DNA of 47,422 nt from Candidatus Delongbacteria bacterium (GTDB lineage: Bacteria > UBA4055), in assembly GCA_027858225.1 (NCBI GenBank), contig JAQIDB010000202.1:1-47422 (forward strand). The letters run 5' to 3'. The position numbers were made by a program, and so were the translations under genes. The notes beneath the pieces were generated by a model. The model saw nothing but the letters and a program-made list of their open reading frames with translations, was not told the origin of the DNA and did not search any database. This document shows, piece by piece, positions 29,081 through 38,484 of this stretch. Within the stretch, counting starts at the first letter, position 1; each line of letters starts with the position of its first letter.

Positions 29081-30496
29081 TTATGGCATGGTGCACATAT
29101 CTTTGAAGTTTAGTAATGCATATGGATCAATCTTAAATTCACCCCATTCAGGCACATAAATCTCTTCCTCATCCATAGATTCAAGAACAGCTTCCAATTC
29201 CATTTTCTTAAGAACACCCAAAATTTGTTTAATAGTGTCAAAATAATGTCTAGACTCACATCTTGAGAAAATATCGAAAGGCCTGTCAGGAAAATTCATA
29301 AGAACAAGTGACTCAGGGAACCATCCTTGCTCATGTTCAAATCGTAAAGACTGGATAGAATTAACTACGTAAAGAATGAAATCTGTTTGAAGCACCTCAT
29401 TAAAAGTAACATAATCTGATCTTGCATGTTTCATTATTATATCCGCATGAAGGGATTTCCTGCCAAGTTTTAATCTTTCATTTCTATAGTCGAAGCTACT
29501 CAGATAATTATGAAAAATCTCAAATCCTTGAAGCTGACCAAGCCCATTATTATCTTTTTCGATATAATATCTATTCTGGATCAAATCCACAATAAGATCA
29601 TATCTATCATGCTTCATTAGAGCTGCTATACAATATAAAAACAGTTCATGAATAAAGAATTTAAAAATATCAAGGCCACATTTATGCTTAAATTTATAAT
29701 CTTCAGGGAATACTAGATATTTAGTAAGTGACTGGAAAAAATCATGCATACGTTTACCTACAAAATCATCGAACATATATTGCCCGATCATGTAAACCAG
29801 CTCTACGAATTCATTTTTATAAATAAAATATTCATCACCAGAACTAAAGATCTTGTCATCATATTCTTCATCACTATCCTCAAGATCAACCCTGAATTTT
29901 TCAAGATTCTTTGAAAATACATTAAAATATTCTGTTACAAGTCCAATAGCATTCGGTCTACCCTCTTTTATTGCCTTCTTTGCAGCTACATAAAGACCAG
30001 TCGTCTCAAGCGAAAACTTTTCATCTTCACTGAAATTCAAAGCTTCACCGAAGTTAGGTTTTACATAGATTGGTCTGTCGTGTATCCATCTTAGAAGCTT
30101 TTCCAGGTTCTTTCCGTAAGTACTTTCATCAGAAAGATCAATATACGATCTAAGTTTATAATAATCTGGGATATATGGATTACCGTGTTCGTCTTTCTCA
30201 GAAAAAATGACTATAAATTTATTGTTAGAAATCTTTTCAAAAAGTTCTTTAGAAATTATTTGTGCACCTTTATCAGTCAAATATTTCTTACTACAGATCA
30301 GTATAACTTTATCTGTATCAACATCTGTTATTGAATCCTCAATAAACTCTTGTGCATCTTCACCATCTTTTAGATCATATTTATCAAATATCACATCCAC
30401 ATTTGACTCAACAAGTTTCTCTGCGAGTTTTTCAACCCAGCTATCATGCTTTGGTGTTTCCCAGTTATATGATATAAAAATCTTTGGTCTTATCAT
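29081..30496 (-). CDS. SEFIR/TIR-like domain protein with a roughly 300-aa uncharacterised helical C-terminal domain (candidate single-gene defence protein)
   Basis: The N-terminus is KIFISYNWETPKHDSWVEKLAEKLVESNVDVIFDKYDLKDGEDAQEFIEDSI...DKVILICSKKY, which fits the SEFIR/TIR beta-alpha pattern. The likely start is the ATG at 30496, with GGAG 8 nt upstream. Confidence 0.55.
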   Translation of the reverse strand: MIRPKIFISYNWETPKHDSWVEKLAEKLVESNVDVIFDKYDLKDGEDAQEFIEDSITDVDTDKVILICSKKYLTDKGAQIISKELFEKISNNKFIVIFSEKDEHGNPYIPDYYKLRSYIDLSDESTYGKNLEKLLRWIHDRPIYVKPNFGEALNFSEDEKFSLETTGLYVAAKKAIKEGRPNAIGLVTEYFNVFSKNLEKFRVDLEDSDEEYDDKIFSSGDEYFIYKNEFVELVYMIGQYMFDDFVGKRMHDFFQSLTKYLVFPEDYKFKHKCGLDIFKFFIHELFLYCIAALMKHDRYDLIVDLIQNRYYIEKDNNGLGQLQGFEIFHNYLSSFDYRNERLKLGRKSLHADIIMKHARSDYVTFNEVLQTDFILYVVNSIQSLRFEHEQGWFPESLVLMNFPDRPFDIFSRCESRHYFDTIKQILGVLKKMELEAVLESMDEEEIYVPEWGEFKIDPYALLNFKDMCTMP

Positions 30497-30593
30497 TTTT
30501 AAATCTCCAAACATTATTTGTAAATTGTTTTATAAATATAAGTATAAGTGTCAAACTTATCAATAGTCAGTGATTTATCTCACAAATATAAAA

Positions 30594-31883
30594 CTAATTT
30601 AATTTGTGATTTGGATATTTTTTCATTGAATAATACATTACAAGAACAGATGCAATAATAAAAAGTGTTGAAAGCATAAAAGTATTGAAATAACCAATAT
30701 ATGTATAAATGCCTACACCGATCAAAGGACCGATCAAACCTCTCACACCTGTTAAAGTCATATGAATTGACTGATAGGTACTCACATCATCATTATCACA
30801 GAAGTAAACACTCCCGATATTCCACAGCAGAAGCATCATTGCAAAAAACATTGCTAAGAAAGTATGTGCAATTAACAAAGAATAATAGAATGTTATATTG
30901 AACATTTCAAAATTCCCGGTCCAGTACTCTGTAGTCGCAAGAAATATCAAAAAGAACATCAGTGATAGAAATGTATAAATACCGAATTTTCTTGGATCTG
31001 TCTTGCTGATATATCTCCCCATAAATGGAAGAACGATCAATGACATCAGAGTAGCCTGATTTTTATAGAAAGCTACAGATGAATAATTCAATTCAAGCAC
31101 ATCATTGAAGAATATTGTCATGACCGGAAAGGCGATCATAAAAGAGAATCCGTAGAACATGAATCCAAGTTCAAAATCTCTGTATGGTTTATTCTTCTTA
31201 ATAATATCCGTCATATTTGATAATGATGCAGTCAGACTTTTGTGCATAGGTAATTTAATATCAATGCTGTTATCTCTGAATGGAATTCTAAGGAAAATAT
31301 AACCTCCGATAATGCTCAGAATAGCTGTGATCGGATAAAGATACCGGAATGAGAAATTATCCACGTCAAGTAACGACCCTATAGTGAAAGTACTTATGAC
31401 CACCACAAGTTTGTTCACTGTTGCAACCCTGCTGTAAAGAGTACCGAAATTTTCATTTCTGTAATTTTGCTTAAGGATCATGTTCATCAGTGGCATCAGC
31501 AACGGTTTTGTCAGTGAATATGTAAGGTATATCCCTATGAAAAAATAGTGGAAGAATACTTCTCCCCTAGTTTCCGGTGTGAAGAATATCAGAACAAAAA
31601 GGGGGATCTTTGTGAGCCAAATAGATATTTTATAAAGTTTCTTTTTATTATTAGTTCTTCTAATCAACTGATTAAAAACTATACTGAAAAGCATTATTAC
31701 AATACTTACTTGGAACAGAACTCCAAGCAGATAAGATGCTCCGTCAAGACTTTTCAGGAATATAAATTCATTTAGAGCTATCGCACCTATTGAAAAAGCT
31801 TCAAGTATCTCAGCAGTAAGATGATGTCTGAAAGCAACTCTTTCTTTTCTGAAAAGACCTTTTGTATTAAATAGTCCGAACAA
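30594..31883 (-). CDS. MFS-type membrane transporter
   Basis: It is 429 aa with about 12 hydrophobic helices. No specific signature was recognised. Confidence 0.5.
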   Translation of the reverse strand: MFGLFNTKGLFRKERVAFRHHLTAEILEAFSIGAIALNEFIFLKSLDGASYLLGVLFQVSIVIMLFSIVFNQLIRRTNNKKKLYKISIWLTKIPLFVLIFFTPETRGEVFFHYFFIGIYLTYSLTKPLLMPLMNMILKQNYRNENFGTLYSRVATVNKLVVVISTFTIGSLLDVDNFSFRYLYPITAILSIIGGYIFLRIPFRDNSIDIKLPMHKSLTASLSNMTDIIKKNKPYRDFELGFMFYGFSFMIAFPVMTIFFNDVLELNYSSVAFYKNQATLMSLIVLPFMGRYISKTDPRKFGIYTFLSLMFFLIFLATTEYWTGNFEMFNITFYYSLLIAHTFLAMFFAMMLLLWNIGSVYFCDNDDVSTYQSIHMTLTGVRGLIGPLIGVGIYTYIGYFNTFMLSTLFIIASVLVMYYSMKKYPNHKLN

Positions 31884-31958
31884 TTCTTCTCCTAGTAAAT
31901 ATTCCTCGGAAATATAATCAAATTTATTGAATTGGCAATATTAAGTTAGAAGAATAAT

Positions 31959-32005
31959 TATCCCAACGGGATATAAACCCTATAACCACAGGTTTCAACC
32001 TGTGG
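31959..32005 (+). repeat. Family-3 double-hairpin element (copy 2)
   Basis: The sequence is TATCCCaacGGGATA-taaaccctataa-CCACAGGTttcaACCTGTGG. Confidence 0.85.
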
Positions 32006-32044
32006 AGCAACCCCTGGATACCCGGAGCAACCCCTAGATACCCG
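32005..32044 (+). repeat. 2 x 20-bp tandem repeat
   Basis: The two units are gagcaacccctGgatacccg and gagcaacccctAgatacccg. Confidence 0.85.
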
Positions 32045-32185
32045 GATCAAGTCCGAGTATGACAACCTTAGTGTCTTCGTGCCTTAGTGAGAACCCTAAA
32101 AACAAAAATTATTACACTTGAATTTTCTCTAGAATTTCCTTTATTGTTTATGTGTGAAATTTTACAAATAAATTTCGGGTAAAAT

Positions 32186-33268
32186 ATGGCTAAGGTAACT
32201 TTAAAAGACGTTAAGAAAATATATGATAGTGGAAATGTCGCTGTTAAAGATTTTAATCTTGAGATCAAAGACAAAGAATTCATGGTCTTTGTTGGCCCAT
32301 CAGGTTGTGGTAAATCTACAACTTTAAGAATGATCGCAGGACTTGAGGAAGTTTCTGAGGGAGACATTTCTATCGGTGATAGATTAGTAAACGATGTTCT
32401 CCCAAAGGACAGAGATATTGCAATGGTATTTCAGAATTATGCATTGTATCCTCAGATGACGGTCTTTGAAAATATGGGATTCGGTCTTAAACTGAGAAAG
32501 TATTCAAGGAAAGATATTAAAGATTCTGTTCAGAAAGCTGCTGAGATACTTGGTATTGAAGAACTATTGAAAAGAAGACCAAAAGTATTATCAGGTGGCC
32601 AGAGGCAGAGAGTTGCTGTTGGAAGAGCTATTGTACGTAAGCCTAAAGTTTTCCTTTTTGATGAACCATTATCAAATCTCGATGCCAAGCTTAGAACTCA
32701 GATGAGAACAGAGATAAAGAAACTTCATAGCAGGCTTGATGCAACGATGATCTATGTTACTCATGATCAGACCGAAGCAATGACAATGGGAGATCGTATA
32801 GTTGTAATGAAAGATGGAATTATTCAGCAGGTCGATGATCCATTAACATTATATAATAAACCTGTAAATAAATTTGTAGCTGGATTCATCGGAATGCCTC
32901 AAATGAATTTCTTTGACGGAATATATGAAAATTCGACTTTCAAAAGCAATGATGGGATAAATATAGATCTTGGAGCGTCCGTAACTTCTTTAAGCAATGG
33001 TCAAAAGATCATCCTTGGAATAAGACCTGAAGACATTGGTTCTTTGACAGCAAGGCAGAACGAAAACAATCCTTATCTCAAAGGAAAAATTGAAGTGATC
33101 GAACCACTTGGTTCTGAAACATATCTTTACTTATCCTGCGGAGACCATGAAGTTATTTCAAGAATAGAATCTGGTATAGATCATTATAAAATCGGAGATG
33201 AAGTATCTTTCCCAATAAATATATCAAAAGTGCACTTATTTGACATTGAAACAAAGAAAAGAATATAA
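32186..33268 (+). CDS. Sugar ABC transporter ATP-binding protein (MalK/MsmK/UgpC type)
   Basis: Walker A is GPSGCGKST, the signature motif is LSGGQRQR, Walker B is FLFDEPLSNLD, and the H-loop is YVTHDQ. A C-terminal MalK-like regulatory domain is present. Confidence 0.93.
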   Translation: MAKVTLKDVKKIYDSGNVAVKDFNLEIKDKEFMVFVGPSGCGKSTTLRMIAGLEEVSEGDISIGDRLVNDVLPKDRDIAMVFQNYALYPQMTVFENMGFGLKLRKYSRKDIKDSVQKAAEILGIEELLKRRPKVLSGGQRQRVAVGRAIVRKPKVFLFDEPLSNLDAKLRTQMRTEIKKLHSRLDATMIYVTHDQTEAMTMGDRIVVMKDGIIQQVDDPLTLYNKPVNKFVAGFIGMPQMNFFDGIYENSTFKSNDGINIDLGASVTSLSNGQKIILGIRPEDIGSLTARQNENNPYLKGKIEVIEPLGSETYLYLSCGDHEVISRIESGIDHYKIGDEVSFPINISKVHLFDIETKKRI

Positions 33269-33289
33269 CCGAGAAAAGATGAGAGTTTC

Positions 33290-33337
33290 TTATCCCATCG
33301 GGATATAACCCTCATAACCACAGGTTTCAACCTGTGG
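33290..33337 (+). repeat. Family-3 double-hairpin element (copy 3)
   Basis: The sequence is TATCCCatcGGGATA-taaccctcataa-CCACAGGTttcaACCTGTGG, ending 11 nt before the ATG at 33349. Confidence 0.85.
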
Positions 33338-33348
33338 AGACAAAAAAC

Positions 33349-35778
33349 ATGAAGAAACTCTTAAACATACTACTCTTCCTCATCCTTACAGCGAACATAT
33401 TCGCTACTGAGAATGTGATCTTGAAAGTTTTTAAACTCCCTGATCCGAAGAGTAATGAAGCATTCAACAGAGCTGACATGGCTGTAGTTGAAGCATTCAA
33501 AACGAAATTCCCTGCTATTGAGCTTCGTTCATATTCTGGTATTGAACTTGAGAATATGGAACTTGATGCAGGTCCTCTGATGGCTATTGCCGGTGGTGTA
33601 TCACCTGATATTATTTATGTTAACTTTAGACAATCAGCAACTTACATAGAAAATGATTTTTTATATCCTCTGGATGAATTCATTGAGCAAATCTCTGAAG
33701 AGGAACTAAATGGTAGGATCGCAAAACCTGTCTGGCCTGTAGTAAAAAGAAAAAAAACAGGTGACAAAGATAAACATGTCTGGTGTATGCCTTATGAAAC
33801 ACTTGTCCGTGTTATGCTTTACCGAAAAGACCTATTCTACAAAGTTGGTTTAGATCCTGAGCAACCTCCTAAAGACTGGAATGAGCTTCTACAATATGCA
33901 AAGAGAATGACGATTCCTAAAGATGGAACTTATGGCCTATATCTTGCATCTGGTCCACAAGCAGCTTACGACTGGATAACTTATCTTTGGAGTGCAGGAG
34001 GAGATGCAGTAACACAGGATCCAGATACAGGTGAATGGTATGCTACTTTCAATGGTAAACCTGCTATTGAAGCTATGAAATTCTACCTTGAACTTATAAC
34101 TACGAAATGGAAAGATTCTGAGAATAAAGACCAGCAGGGATTCGTCATCAGAGAAGGTAACTGGGGAAATCTCAGAGACGATGGTAAACTTGGTATCCTT
34201 ATGGGATATATGGATGATAAGCGTCTCGGTGGTGAACTTGATCCGAATCTCTGGGGAATTGCTCCTCCACCTATGGGACCGACTGGTCTTCGAGGTTCAG
34301 AAATTAATTGTAGAATGATGGGAATTTTCTCAGGAGCGGGAATTTCTAACAATGGTGGTCTTGGAAACAGAGATCCTGAAAAGGTCAGAGATGCTGCTTG
34401 GAAATATATTCGTTTCTATGACAGTGATGAAGCAAGGAAGATCAGACTAGAAGTCATGATAAATGCAGGTTACGGTAGAATGCAAAATCCTCTTTATCTT
34501 AAAAAATACGGCTATGAAGAATATTTAAAATATACTCCCCCTGACTGGTTGGAGACCTTTGAAGAAGCAATTGAGAATGGTAAACCTGAACCTTATGGAA
34601 AAAATTGCCAGAAAATATATGAGTTCATGACTTATCCTATCGACAAATGTATTTCGCTTGAGGAGAAAGGTGAACTTGGTGATACTATTGAAGAGAAAGA
34701 GAAGAATATTTCACAGATATTTGATGCTGCTGTCGAAAGAACTAATCAGAAAATGATCGGAAGAATCACCCCCGATGAAAGAAATTTCAGGAACCGTATT
34801 GCAGTTTTTGTCGCAATATTTATCTTCATTTTCTTTGGGATAGTTCTTTATAAAGTTTGGAAGATATTTACTCCTGATAATAAGATAAAATCTAAGAGAA
34901 AAAGTAAAAAAGTATATTTTATAGTTACACTTTTACTTTTACCTGCTCTGGGATCGATCATTCTCTGGAAATATGTACCAATGGTCATGGGAACTTTCAT
35001 TGCATTCCAGAATTACAGCATTGTCGGAAACTCTGAATGGGTAGGATTAGCTAATTTTGCTGATGTTCTATTTGATCCAGTCTGGTGGGCAGCACTGGGT
35101 AAAACGTTCTATTACATGATGATCTCACTGACTCTCGGATTCGTACCACCGATCATACTTGCTGTTTTCCTTCAAGAAGTTTCTCACGGTAAGATATTCT
35201 ATAGAATTATTTATTATATGCCTGCAGTGATAAGCGGTGTTATCGTTATTTATCTCTGGAAATTACTTTATGATCCTTCTGATGCAGGTGGCTTAAACCA
35301 AATACTTCTTTCTCTGGGATTTGAAAAGAGTCGTTGGTTGAAAGAGGAATCATTGGCGATGTTACTTACAGTTATGCCTTCAATCTGGGCAGGTCTTGGA
35401 CCAGGTTCACTGATCTATCTTGCTGCTCTGAAAGGAATTCCTGATGATGTTTACGAAGCTGCAGATATTGACGGAGCCAGTTTCTTCCATAAACTTAAAC
35501 ATATCGTTTATCCTGCGTTGAAATCTTTGATACTTATACAGTTTATAGCAGCATTTATAGCAGCGACTCAGCAGAGTGAATTCATTCTCGTAATGACTTT
35601 CGGTGGACCTAATGAAGCTACAAAGGTCGCCGATCTATTGATATTCGAAAAAGCATATCTATATCTCAACTTCGGGATCGCTACGACTATGGCCTGGATG
35701 CTGGGATTGTTATTAATGTTCGTAACAGTATTCCAAATCAGAAAATTATCAAACATGGAGTTCAAAGCAAATCGGTAA
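33349..35778 (+). CDS. Fusion protein combining an extracytoplasmic sugar-binding domain and a MalF-type ABC permease domain
   Basis: A signal peptide is followed by about 470 aa of soluble SBP-like sequence, then TM helices and the permease EAA loop (YEAADIDGASFFHKLKHIVYPALK). The track start at 33334 (GTG) lies inside the repeat. Confidence 0.7.
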   Translation: MKKLLNILLFLILTANIFATENVILKVFKLPDPKSNEAFNRADMAVVEAFKTKFPAIELRSYSGIELENMELDAGPLMAIAGGVSPDIIYVNFRQSATYIENDFLYPLDEFIEQISEEELNGRIAKPVWPVVKRKKTGDKDKHVWCMPYETLVRVMLYRKDLFYKVGLDPEQPPKDWNELLQYAKRMTIPKDGTYGLYLASGPQAAYDWITYLWSAGGDAVTQDPDTGEWYATFNGKPAIEAMKFYLELITTKWKDSENKDQQGFVIREGNWGNLRDDGKLGILMGYMDDKRLGGELDPNLWGIAPPPMGPTGLRGSEINCRMMGIFSGAGISNNGGLGNRDPEKVRDAAWKYIRFYDSDEARKIRLEVMINAGYGRMQNPLYLKKYGYEEYLKYTPPDWLETFEEAIENGKPEPYGKNCQKIYEFMTYPIDKCISLEEKGELGDTIEEKEKNISQIFDAAVERTNQKMIGRITPDERNFRNRIAVFVAIFIFIFFGIVLYKVWKIFTPDNKIKSKRKSKKVYFIVTLLLLPALGSIILWKYVPMVMGTFIAFQNYSIVGNSEWVGLANFADVLFDPVWWAALGKTFYYMMISLTLGFVPPIILAVFLQEVSHGKIFYRIIYYMPAVISGVIVIYLWKLLYDPSDAGGLNQILLSLGFEKSRWLKEESLAMLLTVMPSIWAGLGPGSLIYLAALKGIPDDVYEAADIDGASFFHKLKHIVYPALKSLILIQFIAAFIAATQQSEFILVMTFGGPNEATKVADLLIFEKAYLYLNFGIATTMAWMLGLLLMFVTVFQIRKLSNMEFKANR

Positions 35779-35812
35779 ACGGGCTAAATTATGTCATTAC
35801 GAGGTTTTAAAC

Positions 35813-36022
35813 AAAAGAGTATATGAACATAAAAATAAAATTCACAACGACAGTTTCACTGCGAAATATAACATAAACAAACTAGTCTATTATGAAATAA
35901 CCAATGATCCAGTTTCAGCTATCACAAGAGAGAAACAAATAAAAGCTGGGAACAGACAAAAGAAAATAGATTTAATCAACGAATTTAATCCAGAATGGAA
36001 AGATTTGTATGAGGATATCTAA
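35813..36022 (+). pseudogene. 5'-truncated GIY-YIG nuclease remnant
   Basis: It translates to KRVYEHKNKIHNDSFTAKYNINKLVYYEITNDPVSAITREKQIKAGNRQKKIDLINEFNPEWKDLYEDI*. This is the C-terminal two-thirds of the small GIY-YIG family. The GIY/YIG N-terminus is missing, with no start codon, and is replaced by a gtcattacgagg repeat. Confidence 0.7.
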
Positions 36023-36028
36023 GAATTC

Positions 36029-36180
36029 GTCATTACGAGGAATGAAATGACGAAGCAATCTAGATTCTTAGTAATAACTTAAAGTGAGATTACCACAGCT
36101 TTTTCAAAGCTTCGTAATGACCACTTTAGAATAGAAAAAGAAGATTGCCACGGATTTTTGAAAAATCCTCGCAATGACAG
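36029..36180. repeat. Three family-2 palindromic elements (36029-36063 reverse type, 36087-36122, 36142-36180)
   Basis: The three elements are cgtcattacgaggaatgaaatgacgaagcaatcta, gagattaccac-AGCTTTttcAAAGCT-tcgtaatgacc and agattgccac-GGATTTTTgAAAAATCC-tcgcaatgacag. Confidence 0.8.
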
Positions 36181-36192
36181 ATAAGGAAAACA

Positions 36193-38478
36193 ATGCCAAT
36201 AATAGGTAAAGTAGGTAAAAAATCGTTCAAGGTTAAATTCCTGAACATGAGTATCCACACTATATTATTTATAGGTGGTATTACTATGGTCTACCCTTTC
36301 CTTATTATGATTTCCGCATCATTCAAAAGTAACGTCGACTCCAAATATTTTGATATCATCCCAAAGTATTTCCACAGTGATCAAATGCTTTATAAAAAGT
36401 ACACTGAATCCCGTTTCAATGAAGAAGTACTCCAATTCACCGCTCAGTATAAGAACAAATATTTTTCTTTCGATTATCTTAGTTTGCCGGAAGATGAGAA
36501 TTCTACACTGAATGAGGATTGGAAACAATTCTTAAAAGAAAATGAACAGGATTATGATGAATTCGACTATGCTATTTCAGAACAGTTCTCCCGAGGTGTT
36601 TATACCAGAAATGAAAGAGCTTTCAGAGATAAGATGACAGAAGAATTTGATGGTAATCTTCAGAATTTCAATTCAAAATATGGCATTTCCGCATCTTCAT
36701 GGGAAGATGTAAGGGAAGAATCCAAAGATATCCTTTCAAGGAAATTCACTTCTGTGAAAGTAGGTATGATGGTTGCCTATGACCAGTTTAGAAATGAACT
36801 TGATGATTGGCATAAGATATACCTTTCACTGGACGGACATTTTATCAGTAATGAACTAATTCCAGCATATAGAAATAAACTTGATCTATTGAATAATGAA
36901 TTAGGAACAAATTACACTTCCTGGGACAATATCGTACTTTCAAAGACTTTGCCTGATAATGGCTTGAAAGATCACTGGATACATTATGTTAAGAAAAATC
37001 TAAATGTTCATCATATCCGTTTAGGCAATGTCGGTATGGTCAACTATAGAAGTTACCTTGAAAAGAAGTATGTCACTATTAAATTACTTAATGATACTTG
37101 GCAGACTAAATTTACGACATTCAATGAAATAACTGCTGAAAATGCATACAGTTATGGTGCATCCTTGTTGGATTATATTTTTTTCATAGAGAATCTTGCA
37201 CAGCCTGAGAATCTACAAATTTCAAGTATTGAATTTGACTTCAGAGACTGGTTGAAGAATAAATATTCAGACATTTCAAGTATAAATACAAAGTATTCTA
37301 ACGGATATATCGATTTTTCAGAAATAAAGCTAAGTAACACATATCCTGAGAATAATCTAAGACTTCAACATGATTGGAATTCATTTGTAAGAAGCATCGA
37401 AGATCTATCATCCATAGAACTTTCAATGTCATGCCAATATGAATATATCGAATTTCTTAAAATGAAATTTCACAGAGCAGGAAAGTTAGATCTGCAGCAG
37501 TTAAATAATTCTCTGGGAACGTACTATGACAAAGAGATAAATATATATCCTGCGAAGAGACTTCCAAACAATGAAAAACAAGCTAAATACTGGACTGAAT
37601 TCGTAAGGAACTATGTAAATCCAAAATTTATTAAAGTCACCGGAGATCTAAACTCCAGTTGGCAAAATTATCTTTCTGAGAAACATGGTAAGATTGAGAC
37701 TCTGAATGAAACTTACAACTTGAAATTCAAAAACTTTCAAAATATCAGCATAGACTTTCAAAACCTTGACTATCATATCTTCAAAGAGCATAAAAGTAAT
37801 ATTTTTTGGGAATTTGTGAAACGGAACTATGTGATGATCATTGATGCAATGCTTTTTAACGGCCGGGCAATAGTGAATACTCTAATCTATTGTCTTCTTG
37901 CAATTCTTACCGCTGTGATAGTTAATCCTCTTGCCGCTTATGCGATGAGTAGATTCAAACTTAAATCGAATTACAGAATCATTCTTGTTTTAATGCTTAC
38001 GATGGCATTTCCACCGATGGTAATGGGAATACCAAATTTTCTCATCCTCAAGAACATGAATTTACTTAACACCTTCTGGGCTTTGATCCTGCCGGGAGCT
38101 GCAGATGGATATTTTATTTTCCTACTGAAAGGTTTCTTTGATTCTCTTCCAAAAGAGCTCTTTGAATCTGCAACAGTTGATGGTGCTGGAGAAGTAAAAA
38201 TATTTACAAAGATCGCAATGTCCCTTTCCAAACCTATCATGGCAGTTATTGCACTTGGAGCATTTAATGCTGCTTATAGAAACTTCATGTTCGCTTTTAT
38301 AGTCTGTCAGGATCAAAGTATGTGGACAATGATGGTGCATATCTATCAAATTACTCAGAGAAGCAGTTCCGGAGTTGGATATGCTGCACTTGTTATAGCT
38401 GCAATACCGACTTTTGCAGTGTTTATTTTCTTCCAAAATATTATTATCAAAGGAATTGTAGTTCCTACTGAGAAATAA
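36193..38478 (+). CDS. MalG-type ABC permease with a roughly 500-aa extracytoplasmic insertion after TM1
   Basis: TM1 is IHTILFIGGITMVYPFLIMI. A long soluble region follows, then 5 TM helices and the EAA loop ESATVDGAGEVKIFTKIAMSLSKP. Confidence 0.7.
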   Translation: MPIIGKVGKKSFKVKFLNMSIHTILFIGGITMVYPFLIMISASFKSNVDSKYFDIIPKYFHSDQMLYKKYTESRFNEEVLQFTAQYKNKYFSFDYLSLPEDENSTLNEDWKQFLKENEQDYDEFDYAISEQFSRGVYTRNERAFRDKMTEEFDGNLQNFNSKYGISASSWEDVREESKDILSRKFTSVKVGMMVAYDQFRNELDDWHKIYLSLDGHFISNELIPAYRNKLDLLNNELGTNYTSWDNIVLSKTLPDNGLKDHWIHYVKKNLNVHHIRLGNVGMVNYRSYLEKKYVTIKLLNDTWQTKFTTFNEITAENAYSYGASLLDYIFFIENLAQPENLQISSIEFDFRDWLKNKYSDISSINTKYSNGYIDFSEIKLSNTYPENNLRLQHDWNSFVRSIEDLSSIELSMSCQYEYIEFLKMKFHRAGKLDLQQLNNSLGTYYDKEINIYPAKRLPNNEKQAKYWTEFVRNYVNPKFIKVTGDLNSSWQNYLSEKHGKIETLNETYNLKFKNFQNISIDFQNLDYHIFKEHKSNIFWEFVKRNYVMIIDAMLFNGRAIVNTLIYCLLAILTAVIVNPLAAYAMSRFKLKSNYRIILVLMLTMAFPPMVMGIPNFLILKNMNLLNTFWALILPGAADGYFIFLLKGFFDSLPKELFESATVDGAGEVKIFTKIAMSLSKPIMAVIALGAFNAAYRNFMFAFIVCQDQSMWTMMVHIYQITQRSSSGVGYAALVIAAIPTFAVFIFFQNIIIKGIVVPTEK

Positions 38479-38484
38479 AACATT

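Noticed and set aside
31931-31950. The fragment attggcaatattaagttag, which resembles the 5' arm of the attC-like element
   Set aside because: Only about 20 nt are similar, in AT-rich sequence, and the complementary arm is absent. It is too short to call.
32068-32367. A 99-aa minus-strand ORF overlapping the ABC ATPase start
   Set aside because: It is the antisense of the Walker A region and runs into repeat DNA. The plus-strand gene is unambiguous.
25967-33348. Track start codons at 25967 (ATG) and 33334 (GTG)
   Set aside because: Both lie inside copies of repeated palindromic elements. Downstream ATGs (25985 and 33349) have proper Shine-Dalgarno spacing, and 33349 gives a clean signal peptide.
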